Assembly (NCBI GenBank): GCA_046079965.1
Contig: JBJTTC010000066.1
Location: 7,524 to 71,523 of the forward strand
Direction: 5' to 3'
Source: Sediminibacterium sp.
GTDB lineage: Bacteria; Bacteroidota; Bacteroidia; Chitinophagales; Chitinophagaceae
Length of the DNA: 64,000 nt
The translations under genes and the position numbers were made by a program. The notes under the pieces were generated by a model that was not told where the DNA came from, made no database searches, and saw only the letters and a list, made by a program, of their open reading frames with translations. Below, piece by piece: positions 56,156 to 64,000 of the stretch (position 1 is its first letter; each line of letters starts with the position of its first letter).

Positions 56156-57187
56156 ATGGATGCATTGTTACAACAGATAGAGGACTGTAAAAAGGAGATG
56201 TCTCATTTTGATACCTCCCAGCCCGATTCGGCAGAGCTTTTTAGGATACGTTTTCTCGGTACAAAAGGACTGATCAAGGGTTTGATGGGGGAACTGAAAA
56301 ACGTATCTCCAGATCTGCGGAGGGCAATGGGACAGCACCTGAATGAATTAAAAGTATTGGCAGAGCAACAATGGGAGAGCCTGAAAGTCAGTCAGCAACC
56401 TGTACATATTGCCGGTGCCCGGTCGATCGACCGAACCTTACCCGGCACTCCTCTACCTGCCGGTACACGCCATCCACTGAGTTTGGTAAGAAATGAAATC
56501 GTTGCCATCTTCCGCCGGCTCGGTTTTGCGGTAGCTGAGGGTCCGGAGATTGAAGATGATTGGCACAACTTCGGCGCAATGAATTTACCGGAAGATCATC
56601 CAGCCCGAGACATGCAGGATACCTTTTATATACAACAGGAGCCGGCTTGGTTATTACGAACACATACCAGCAGCGTTCAGGCAAGGGTGATGGAGCAACA
56701 ACCTCCACCCATAAGGGTAATCTGTCCGGGCCGTGTTTATCGGAATGAAACCATCAGTGCCCGTGCTCATTGTTTTTTTCATCAGGTAGAAGGATTGTAC
56801 ATAGATGAACAAGTGAGTTTTGCAGATCTGAAGCAAACGCTCTATTTTTTCGTCCAGGAAATGTTAGGAAAACAAGTCAAAATACGTTTTCGACCCAGCT
56901 ATTTCCCGTTCACGGAACCCAGTGCTGAGATGGACATCAGCTGTTTGATTTGTGAAGGAAAGGGTTGCAGTGTTTGTAAACATTCAGGATGGGTGGAAAT
57001 TTTGGGAAGTGGTATGGTACATCCCCGGGTGCTGGAAAATTTTTCCATCGATCCGAATAAATATACAGGCTTTGCGTTTGGTATGGGCATTGAGCGCATC
57101 ACCCAATTAAAATACCAAATCAACGATTTGCGTCTTTATTCCCAAAATGATGTGCGTTTCCTGCAACAGTTTGCAGGGGTCGTCTGA
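56156..57187 (+). CDS. pheS: Phenylalanine--tRNA ligase alpha subunit
   Basis: ORF track 56129..57187 uses a GTG start; I prefer ATG 56156 (MDALLQQIE...). HPARDMQDTFY, LRTHTSSVQ and the class II motifs (FRPSYFPFTEPS, GFAFGMGIERI) are present. Confidence 0.95.
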   Translation: MDALLQQIEDCKKEMSHFDTSQPDSAELFRIRFLGTKGLIKGLMGELKNVSPDLRRAMGQHLNELKVLAEQQWESLKVSQQPVHIAGARSIDRTLPGTPLPAGTRHPLSLVRNEIVAIFRRLGFAVAEGPEIEDDWHNFGAMNLPEDHPARDMQDTFYIQQEPAWLLRTHTSSVQARVMEQQPPPIRVICPGRVYRNETISARAHCFFHQVEGLYIDEQVSFADLKQTLYFFVQEMLGKQVKIRFRPSYFPFTEPSAEMDISCLICEGKGCSVCKHSGWVEILGSGMVHPRVLENFSIDPNKYTGFAFGMGIERITQLKYQINDLRLYSQNDVRFLQQFAGVV

Positions 57188-57251
57188 AGTTGCCTTGCTG
57201 CTTCGATTCCGTTGGGTCACTTCTGCCGGCATCATTTTTTCAAACCTTCCT

Positions 57252-57989
57252 ATGATTCAGACAACCCGAGGTATTGTTTTCCGCACAACCCGGTATGGTG
57301 ATTCCAGTCTGATCAGCTCCATCTATACCAAACATTTTGGCATCCAGAATTACCTTGTCAAAGGGGTCAGAAAAAATTCCGGAAAATCGGAAGGAAAAGC
57401 TGCCTGTTTTCAACCGGGTGCAATTTTAGAGTTGGTGGTTTATCACCAGGACGCTAAAAACCTGCAGTACATTCGCGAAGTCAACTGGGGATACCTTTAT
57501 ACAACCATTTATGGCGAAGTGATAAAGAATACCGTAGCACTTTTTATGGTTGAAATCTTGCAGCATTGCATTCGTCAACCCGAGCCCAACTTGGTTTTAT
57601 TCGAATTCATCGAAAAAAGTTTGCAGCAGCTTGATCAGGCTACCCCGAAAGTAACGGCTAACTATCCTCTTTTTTTTGCATTGCGTTTGTCATCTATGCT
57701 CGGCTTTCAGTTACAGGGAACATATTCTGAAGCAACCTCTTTTCTGGATTTGCAGGAAGGACAATTTGTAGCCAACAGGCCTGCACATCCTTATTTTTTA
57801 GAGGGGGAGGGATCTGCAGTGACTTCTCAGTTGCAAGCGATTTCAGGCCCGGATCAACTAGAAAATATAACGGCACCAAGAATCTTGCGCAAAGAACTCT
57901 TGACAAGCTATCTTCAGTTTTATACCTGGCATGTGCCTGACTTTGGCAACTTGCGGAGTTGGCAGGTGATACAGGAAATTTTACACTAA
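57252..57989 (+). CDS. recO: DNA repair protein RecO
   Basis: ORF track 57147..57989. I start it at ATG 57252 (MIQTTRGIVFRTTRYGDSSLI, the typical RecO OB-fold N-terminus). About 245 aa. Confidence 0.85.
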   Translation: MIQTTRGIVFRTTRYGDSSLISSIYTKHFGIQNYLVKGVRKNSGKSEGKAACFQPGAILELVVYHQDAKNLQYIREVNWGYLYTTIYGEVIKNTVALFMVEILQHCIRQPEPNLVLFEFIEKSLQQLDQATPKVTANYPLFFALRLSSMLGFQLQGTYSEATSFLDLQEGQFVANRPAHPYFLEGEGSAVTSQLQAISGPDQLENITAPRILRKELLTSYLQFYTWHVPDFGNLRSWQVIQEILH

Positions 57990-57993
57990 AAAA

Positions 57994-59166
57994 TCACCAC
58001 CACCTCGTAATGCGAGATTGAGGTCCAATACCCCCATCAGGTGAGAGACCTTCCAGTTGCAGGATACCCGGATTGGTTCCGGGTCGTAGATAGCCCAATT
58101 GATCCTCCAGTTGCAAAGCAGCTGCCCCCTGACTTGTAGCCCATCGCAACATATCTTCCGTAGGTATGCTAGGAAAATGTTGTGCAAGAAGTTTCATTTC
58201 ATCCAGGATACTGAGTGAATGGTTGCTGGCAAGACTGTCCGTTCCAAAAACTAGTTTGCTGTTATTTTTTCGCAAGAGTTCAGCAGGAGGGAGTGTATCT
58301 TCTATGTATAGGTTGGCTTGAGGACAAAGACACCAAAAGACTGATGCATGCCGGCTTTCTGCCTGTTCAATGTCTGCTGCAGTTGTAAAAGTATTGTGAA
58401 CGAGTAAGAGCGGAGCAGCAGTTTGCAGATAAGATAAAATCGATTGAAGGCTGCTTTTCCCGGATGGCACAAAATGTTCATTGTCTATTTGTAAAACTGA
58501 ATAAAAATCGGGCCACTCACCTTTTCCTTTTTCAAATAAATATTGCTCTGCCTTCGATTCCTGGTTGTGTATGGTGATTGGTTGTCCGGGAAAATGTGGT
58601 GCCAGCAATTGCCAAAGTTCTGTAGAAACAGAGTATGGGGCATGAGGAACAAGTGATGCCCTTGGGGTTAATTCTAAAAATTTATCCAGGATTTGCTTGG
58701 CCAATCGGTATCTTTTTTCGGCAACTGATGGCATCCAGCCACTCACTTCTATAAAATTATGGTAGGTAATGGCAGAATTCGTTTTGATTTGAAGTGAATC
58801 AATTCTATTAGAAATGTCACCGACTGCCTGAATCCCTTCTTCCCACATGAGTCGGTCTGCAGATTCCATTGCTAACTTTTGACCGGCCTCTGGAAAGTCA
58901 CGAAAGGATAAAATTTGTTGCACAAATCCGGTTAATCCGGTCTTTTCCGGAATTGCGCCTGCGAGATGGCTCAATTCCAGGTGGCAATGGCAGTTGATAA
59001 ATCCGGGGGTAATCCAGCCAGCTACCTGTTCCACCCCCTCGCCCGCTTCGGATGCCGGGAGAATATCCATGACTTTACCTATGTTATTTATTACCAGTAC
59101 CTGATCGGGAGCCAATAACTCCAAACCAGTGAAGATGCGTTGGGGTTGAAGTTTGCGAAGGCTCAC
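57994..59166 (-). CDS. Amidohydrolase-superfamily metal-dependent hydrolase (deaminase/chlorohydrolase-like)
   Basis: GTG start. GFINCHCHLELS (HxH metal motif), HNQES and the GTDS late motif. 390 aa. The specific substrate cannot be assigned from sequence alone. Confidence 0.75.
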   Translation of the reverse strand: MSLRKLQPQRIFTGLELLAPDQVLVINNIGKVMDILPASEAGEGVEQVAGWITPGFINCHCHLELSHLAGAIPEKTGLTGFVQQILSFRDFPEAGQKLAMESADRLMWEEGIQAVGDISNRIDSLQIKTNSAITYHNFIEVSGWMPSVAEKRYRLAKQILDKFLELTPRASLVPHAPYSVSTELWQLLAPHFPGQPITIHNQESKAEQYLFEKGKGEWPDFYSVLQIDNEHFVPSGKSSLQSILSYLQTAAPLLLVHNTFTTAADIEQAESRHASVFWCLCPQANLYIEDTLPPAELLRKNNSKLVFGTDSLASNHSLSILDEMKLLAQHFPSIPTEDMLRWATSQGAAALQLEDQLGYLRPGTNPGILQLEGLSPDGGIGPQSRITRWW

Positions 59167-59353
59167 CGGTATAAATTTAAGTTACAAAGGTAGCGGGTTA
59201 AAGACAAGTGACGGGGCCACCTTTCGAAAATTGAAGTTGTTCGAAGAGAGTAGTTTTATAATTTGAATCAATATTTTTATTGATTATCAATATATTACAA
59301 TGATACGACGAAAAAAATAGCTCTATTTGTTCGAAAAACCGGGTTACTCTACC

Positions 59354-59361
59354 TAACTTTG
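59354..59361 (+). promoter_or_regulatory. Bacteroidota-type -7 promoter element (TAACTTTG) upstream of rplM
   Basis: A perfect TAnnTTTG, 62 nt upstream of the rplM ATG. Confidence 0.45.
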
Positions 59362-59423
59362 CACTCCCGAAAAAGGGATTTTCGCCGTTGGGATAGCGCC
59401 GGCATCACGTAAAACTAAATATC

Positions 59424-59867
59424 ATGAGCAAATTACATTTCACCACCAAGCATGCGAACGCGGCTACTGTTCAACACAACTGGTTTGTAGTGGATGGTAC
59501 TAATCAAACCGTTGGACGTATTGCCTCCCGCATTGCCGCAGTTCTCAGGGGCAAAAACAAAGCCTATTATACGCCGCACGTTGATTGTGGCGATTATGTT
59601 ATCGTAATCAATGCAGATAAGGTTGTATTCACCGGCAACAAACTGGAAGACAAACAATACATCAATTACTCGGGTTATCCGGGAGGTAAAAAAGAGGAAG
59701 CTGCCGGCGATTTGCTGAAGCGCAGACCTGAGGTGGTTATGGAGCGTGCTGTAAAAGGGATGTTGCCTAAAAATCGGCTGGGTCGTAAGATGATCAAGAA
59801 ATTATTCGTGTATGCAGGAACCAACCATCCGCATGCTGCTCAGCAACCCAAACCACTTAACTTTTAA
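59424..59867 (+). CDS. rplM: 50S ribosomal protein L13
   Basis: WFVVDGTNQTVGRIASRIAAVLRGK, YINYSGYPGG; 147 aa. Confidence 0.97.
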   Translation: MSKLHFTTKHANAATVQHNWFVVDGTNQTVGRIASRIAAVLRGKNKAYYTPHVDCGDYVIVINADKVVFTGNKLEDKQYINYSGYPGGKKEEAAGDLLKRRPEVVMERAVKGMLPKNRLGRKMIKKLFVYAGTNHPHAAQQPKPLNF

Positions 59868-59940
59868 AAAAATAGCAGGACAACACCTGACTTTCAATCA
59901 CCGGCTGACTCCACGGGGTCACCTGTAAAAGACAACAAAC

Positions 59941-60330
59941 ATGGAAAAACAAAAAAATGCAGTGGGTCGCCGAAAAGAGGCTGTAACCCGTGTATTCGTT
60001 ACCAAGGGTGATGGTAAAATTACCGTTAACGAAAAAGATTATAAAGTTTATTTCCCCCTGGTTTACTTACAAAACCAAATTGAAGCTCCTCTAAAGACCA
60101 CCGAAATGCTTGGAAAGCTTGACATTATCATCAATGCACAAGGTGGCGGATTGAAAGGCCAGGCGGAAGCTGCCAAACTAGGAATTGCCCGTGCACTGCT
60201 GGAAATAAATCCCGCACTGCGCCCGGCCCTTAAAGAGGCAGGTCAACTGAAGCGTGATCCAAGAAGTGTAGAACGTAAAAAATTCGGTCACAAAAAAGCC
60301 AGAAGAAGTTACCAGTTCAGCAAACGTTAA
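59941..60330 (+). CDS. rpsI: 30S ribosomal protein S9
   Basis: GRRKEAVTRV, GGGLKGQAEAAKLGIARAL, RDPRSVERKKFGHKKARRSYQFSKR. Confidence 0.97.
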   Translation: MEKQKNAVGRRKEAVTRVFVTKGDGKITVNEKDYKVYFPLVYLQNQIEAPLKTTEMLGKLDIIINAQGGGLKGQAEAAKLGIARALLEINPALRPALKEAGQLKRDPRSVERKKFGHKKARRSYQFSKR

Positions 60331-60423
60331 TCATTGGTTTGTTTGCATCTCATGTGTTCCGAAATTCTTCAGGATGCACATCGGATCTGCCAACCATCAT
60401 ACTCAATTACTAAATCAGTCATA

Positions 60424-61311
60424 ATGGAAAATAACACCTCTTTACAACAACAACTTCTCGATGCCGGCGTGCATTTCGGTCACCTGAAAAAGAAATGGAA
60501 TCCGAAAATGTTGCCTTACATCTTCGCAGAAAAGAAAGGCATTCACATCATCGATTTGAACAAAACTGTCGATCACCTTCAGGAAGCTGCCGCTGCCGTG
60601 AAACAGATTGCCAAGAGCGGAAAGAAAATCATGTTTGTAGCCACTAAGAAGCAGGCCAAGGAAATAGTTAGTGAATGTGCCAAACGTGTTAACATGCCTT
60701 TCGCCACAGAGCGTTGGTTGGGGGGGATGCTCACCAATTTCAATACTGTTCGTAAGAGCGTAAAGAAGATGCAGAGCATTGACAAAATGCTGGCCGATGG
60801 AAGTGCAGATAGCCTTACCAAGAAAGAGCGTTTGACATTGAGCCGTGACCGTGATAAAATGGAGAAGGTGTTGGGTGGTATTGCACAATTGGGCAGACTA
60901 CCTGCAGCGCTGTTCCTGGTTGATATCGGACATGAGCACATAGCATTGGCTGAGGCCAAGCGCCTCGGTATCTCTACCATTGGAATGGTTGATACCAACT
61001 CTGATCCCAATAAAGTTGATTTTGCTATTCCTGCCAATGATGATGCTACTAAATCCATTGCCATCATTACCAATTATATCACTGCAGCTATTGCAGAAGG
61101 TTTGGCAGAACGCCAGGCTTCTAAGGAAGAGGATGAAAGTGAAGAGACTTCCAACGAAAATGAGGCACGCGCCCGCAGACTCGAGGCCGAGGCACAATCT
61201 GAAGCAGCTCGCGGTGGTAGGGGTCGTGGGGTAGCTGCAGCTGCCGGTGCTCCCAAGAGGAGAATTGCCGGTGGAGCCAGCCGTCGCCCTGCAGGTGGTG
61301 GATCTCGTTAA
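60424..61311 (+). CDS. rpsB: 30S ribosomal protein S2 with an acidic-then-RG-rich C-terminal extension
   Basis: ORF track 60334..61311. I start it at ATG 60424 (MENNTSLQQQLLDAGVHFGH). ERWLGGMLTNF and the DTNSDP motif are present. The last roughly 60 aa are a non-canonical tail. Confidence 0.95.
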   Translation: MENNTSLQQQLLDAGVHFGHLKKKWNPKMLPYIFAEKKGIHIIDLNKTVDHLQEAAAAVKQIAKSGKKIMFVATKKQAKEIVSECAKRVNMPFATERWLGGMLTNFNTVRKSVKKMQSIDKMLADGSADSLTKKERLTLSRDRDKMEKVLGGIAQLGRLPAALFLVDIGHEHIALAEAKRLGISTIGMVDTNSDPNKVDFAIPANDDATKSIAIITNYITAAIAEGLAERQASKEEDESEETSNENEARARRLEAEAQSEAARGGRGRGVAAAAGAPKRRIAGGASRRPAGGGSR

Positions 61312-61397
61312 CTCCCGATGGATGTTTATGGTCGGGGCAAACTGAGCCCATGTATTACTATTATTCAATGAATTGATTCTTAAAAAAGTTTTTACTC

Positions 61398-62237
61398 ATG
61401 TCAACAGCAACAATAACAGCAGCAGATATTAATAAGTTACGTCAAACTACCGGTGCCGGTATGATGGATTGCCGCAAGGCACTCACCGAAACCAATGGTG
61501 ATTTCGAAGCAGCCATAGATTGGTTGCGCAAACAGGGACAGAAAGTGGCTGCTAAGCGCAGCGATCGTGAAGCAAAAGAAGGTGTAGTAATCGCATTGAC
61601 TGCTCCCGGAAATCAAACTGGCTGGGTCGTTTGCATCAGCTGTGAAACAGATTTCGTTTCTAAAAATGCCGACTTTGTTGCTTTTGCCCGCCAGATCGCT
61701 GAAGCCGCTGCAGCCAACAACGTTAAATCCATAGACGAACTCAATGAAGTTGTCATCAGCGGAGCAAAAGTTGCTGATATGATCAATGACAAACTGGCTT
61801 CCATAGGTGAAAAAATCGGAGTATCTCGTTTTGAGCGCGTTGATGCTCCTTATGTTGCTTCCTATATTCATGGTGCCAACCGCATGGGAGTACTGGTAGG
61901 ACTTTCAGCTGCCGCGGAAGAAGCAGGAAAAGATGTGGCCATGCAAATTGCTGCAATGAACCCCCTTGCAGTCGATGCAGACAGCGTTTCACCAGAAACT
62001 GTTGAAAGAGAGAGAGCCATTGTTCTGGAAACCATGAAGTCTGATCCCAAGATGGCAGGAAAGCCGGAAGAAATGATTGCAAAAATTGCAGAAGGAAAAC
62101 TGAATGCTTTTTTCAAGGAGCAAACTTTATTGGCACAGCCCTTTGTAAAAGACAGCGCCATCAGCGTAGCTGATTACCTGAAAAAAGCCGGGTCTGATTT
62201 GAAAGTAACTACTTTCAGGCGTGTGGCATTGGGTTAA
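61398..62237 (+). CDS. tsf: Translation elongation factor Ts
   Basis: LRQTTGAGMMDCKKAL-type UBA motif (LRQTTGAGMMDCRKAL), ETDFVSKN, LLAQPFVKD; 279 aa. Confidence 0.97.
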   Translation: MSTATITAADINKLRQTTGAGMMDCRKALTETNGDFEAAIDWLRKQGQKVAAKRSDREAKEGVVIALTAPGNQTGWVVCISCETDFVSKNADFVAFARQIAEAAAANNVKSIDELNEVVISGAKVADMINDKLASIGEKIGVSRFERVDAPYVASYIHGANRMGVLVGLSAAAEEAGKDVAMQIAAMNPLAVDADSVSPETVERERAIVLETMKSDPKMAGKPEEMIAKIAEGKLNAFFKEQTLLAQPFVKDSAISVADYLKKAGSDLKVTTFRRVALG

Positions 62238-62267
62238 TGAACCATGTTCTTTCTAAAATTCTCATTC

Positions 62268-62295
62268 AACCGTCCGCTTGCGGACGGTTTTTTTA
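62268..62295 (+). terminator. Rho-independent terminator after tsf
   Basis: AACCGTCCG-cttg-CGGACGGTT (9-bp GC-rich stem) followed by TTTTTTAT. Confidence 0.88.
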
Positions 62296-62317
62296 TTGTA
62301 TAAATTGCTAACTTCAA

Positions 62318-62719
62318 ATGGTCGAACTTCTCAATATGCAACAAGACGAAACCGCCAAAATAGTAGCTCAATACTGTAAAAATTTTCCTCCGGAAGTAAA
62401 GCGAAGGTTGCTTTCATTGCAAGCGCTGGTGAAGGAACTGGCTCCGGAGGCTACAGAAAAAATCAGCTATAGAATGCCTGCCTATTTTTTAAATGGAAGG
62501 CTTGTCTATTTTGCAGCGCATAAAAATCACATTGGACTATATCCGATGGCATCAGGAATTGCGAAAATGGCCCCTAAACTGAAGCAATACCAGCATGCCA
62601 TGGGTTCGGTACAGTTTCCGCACGATCAAACTTTTCCTCTCCAGCTCATCAGGGAAATTATTGAACTACGGGTAAAAGAGAACAGACAAAAAATCCAAAA
62701 AAAGAACAAAGCAAAGTGA
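62318..62719 (+). CDS. DUF1801 (YdhG-like) domain-containing protein
   Basis: EKISYRMPAYFLNGRLVYFAAHKNHIGLYP and GSVQFPHDQTFPLQLI match the DUF1801 pattern. 133 aa (or 127 from the second ATG). Confidence 0.75.
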   Translation: MVELLNMQQDETAKIVAQYCKNFPPEVKRRLLSLQALVKELAPEATEKISYRMPAYFLNGRLVYFAAHKNHIGLYPMASGIAKMAPKLKQYQHAMGSVQFPHDQTFPLQLIREIIELRVKENRQKIQKKNKAK

Positions 62720-62810
62720 AGTGAATGGTTGGATTCTTATGAGTTTATACACAGTAGAAGAGAATATGCCGAAAAATCAGGTTATTTGTAGTTGAAAATA
62801 CATTGCTGCT

Positions 62811-63527
62811 ATGCTACCCAAATACAAAAGAATTCTGCTCAAATTATCCGGAGAAGCCCTGTTGGGGGATCAGATGAATGGAGATCCTTTTAATCCAAAG
62901 ATAATCGAGCAATATGCAAAAGACATCAAAGAGGTAACAGAATTAGGGGTACAGGTAGCAATAGTAATCGGTGGTGGCAATATTTATCGGGGAATGAATG
63001 AATCTGATAGCGGCATCGAGCGGGCACATGGCGATTACATGGGAATGCTTGCGACAGTAATTAATGCTATGGCTATGCAGGCCATGTTGGAAAAAATCGG
63101 TGTATATACACGCTTGCAAAGCGCAATCAATATGGATCAGGTAGCAGAACCATATATCAGAAGAAAAGCTTTGCGTCACCTGGAAAAGGGTAGGGTAGTG
63201 ATTTTTGGAGCCGGAACCGGAAATCCTTATTTCACTACCGATACGGCAGGATCATTGCGCGCTATTGAAATGAAAGCAGATGTTATACTCAAAGGTACCC
63301 GGGTTGATGGCATTTATACAGCCGATCCGGAGAAAGATCCTACCGCTACTAAATACGACACGATTAGTTTTGAGCAATGCATTCAAAAAAATTTGAAGGT
63401 GATGGACATGACAGCGTTTACACTCTGTATGGAGAACAAACTACCCATCATTGTTTTTGATATGAACTCACCAGGTAACCTTCTAAAAGTAGTTGTAGGA
63501 ACCAATGTGGGTTCATTGGTGAGTTGA
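62811..63527 (+). CDS. pyrH: UMP kinase
   Basis: [52 protein letters not shown]; 238 aa. Confidence 0.96.
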   Translation: MLPKYKRILLKLSGEALLGDQMNGDPFNPKIIEQYAKDIKEVTELGVQVAIVIGGGNIYRGMNESDSGIERAHGDYMGMLATVINAMAMQAMLEKIGVYTRLQSAINMDQVAEPYIRRKALRHLEKGRVVIFGAGTGNPYFTTDTAGSLRAIEMKADVILKGTRVDGIYTADPEKDPTATKYDTISFEQCIQKNLKVMDMTAFTLCMENKLPIIVFDMNSPGNLLKVVVGTNVGSLVS

Positions 63528-63584
63528 TTCACCCATTCATATAAATCTTTTCCCGAGTACAGTTGCGCGACATAATTTAGAGAT

Positions 63585-64000
63585 ATGAGAAAATTGGCGG
63601 CAGTTATTGGTTGTTTGGTCCTCAGCCAGTATTCAGTGGCACAACAGCGACTTACCCTTTCTGATGCCATCAACATGGCGCTGCAAAAGAGTCTCGATAT
63701 TCAACTGGCCAAGAACAATGTCAATATCAGCGAAATCAGTGATGACATGGGTTTTGCCGGAGGATTGCCGACCATCAACGCAACAATTAATGATAATGAG
63801 CAGGTAGTAAGCATCAATCAGGAATTTTCCGAGCCAAGTAGAAATGCCAAACGTCCCGGGGTAGGATCCAATAACCTGTTCGCCGGAATTACGGCCACCA
63901 TGGTTCTTTATAATGGCAGTAGGATCATTTCTACCCGCAAAAGACTGGAAGAGCTTAAAGGATTGAACCAGCAGTTGCTATTGGTTCAAATACAGAACAC
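63585..64000 (+). CDS. TolC-family outer membrane efflux protein (N-terminal part; runs off the right edge)
   Basis: Not in the ORF track because it is edge-truncated. ATG 63585 opens MRKLAAVIGCLVLSQYSVAQQRLTLSDAINMALQKSLDIQLAKNNVNISE... A signal peptide followed by L-[ST]-L-x-[DE]-A-[IL] is the classic TolC N-terminus. Confidence 0.7.
   Translation, partial: MRKLAAVIGCLVLSQYSVAQQRLTLSDAINMALQKSLDIQLAKNNVNISEISDDMGFAGGLPTINATINDNEQVVSINQEFSEPSRNAKRPGVGSNNLFAGITATMVLYNGSRIISTRKRLEELKGLNQQLLLVQIQN

Noticed and set aside
60442-61368. Three overlapping minus-strand ORFs (148, 164 and 156 aa) opposite rpsB
   Set aside because: They are antisense to a universally conserved ribosomal protein gene and overlap one another in different frames, so they are artefacts of codon composition.

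Overview
This 64 kb window reads as a core, housekeeping-rich stretch of a Bacteroidota chromosome. That assignment is an inference from three things: family content (GH3-family protein, DUF4290, DUF2490, sortilin/BNR protein, the rplM-rpsI-rpsB-tsf order), recurrent TAnnTTTG '-7' promoter motifs, and a near absence of Shine-Dalgarno sequences. I can support about 64 protein-coding genes, counting edge-truncated CDSs at both ends that are missing from the ORF track. I also support one tRNA-Thr(CGT) and several rho-independent terminators. Recognisable content:
- Translation genes: rplM, rpsI, rpsB, tsf, pyrH, cysS, lysS, pheS, rlmD, an RluE-like pseudouridine synthase, and mnmH/selU.
- Central and nucleotide metabolism: icd, adk, gmk, metF, a carB fragment, and a transketolase C-subunit.
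- Envelope and lipid genes: lpxD, lptB, fabG, plsC, an acyl-CoA ligase, and OmpA.
- A TolC-HlyD-ABC export operon.
- A pxpBCA (5-oxoprolinase) plus NRAMP operon.
- A SulP/beta-carbonic anhydrase pair.
- A MerC/SCO/Fur metal locus.
- An active/inactive rhomboid pair.
I saw no rRNA, CRISPR array, transposase, integrase, phage module or obvious defence island, and I do not see a clear-cut novel multi-gene system. The observations most worth a second look are:
1. The single ABC exporter of the TolC-HlyD-ABC operon has degenerate ATPase motifs.
2. A carB gene stops exactly at the N-half/C-half junction and abuts a lone transketolase C-terminal subunit gene.
3. A catalytically dead rhomboid paralogue sits next to an active one.
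4. An orphan hairpin plus U-tract suggests a roughly 75-nt sRNA or attenuator in the only long (429 bp) AT-rich intergenic region.
5. A signal-peptide-bearing SAM methyltransferase lies between a 6-TM half-MFS protein and a DUF2490 protein.
6. A perfect 7-3-7 palindrome lies in the MerC/SCO-Fur divergent promoter.
All protein calls rest on motif-level recognition of the supplied translations; no database search was possible.
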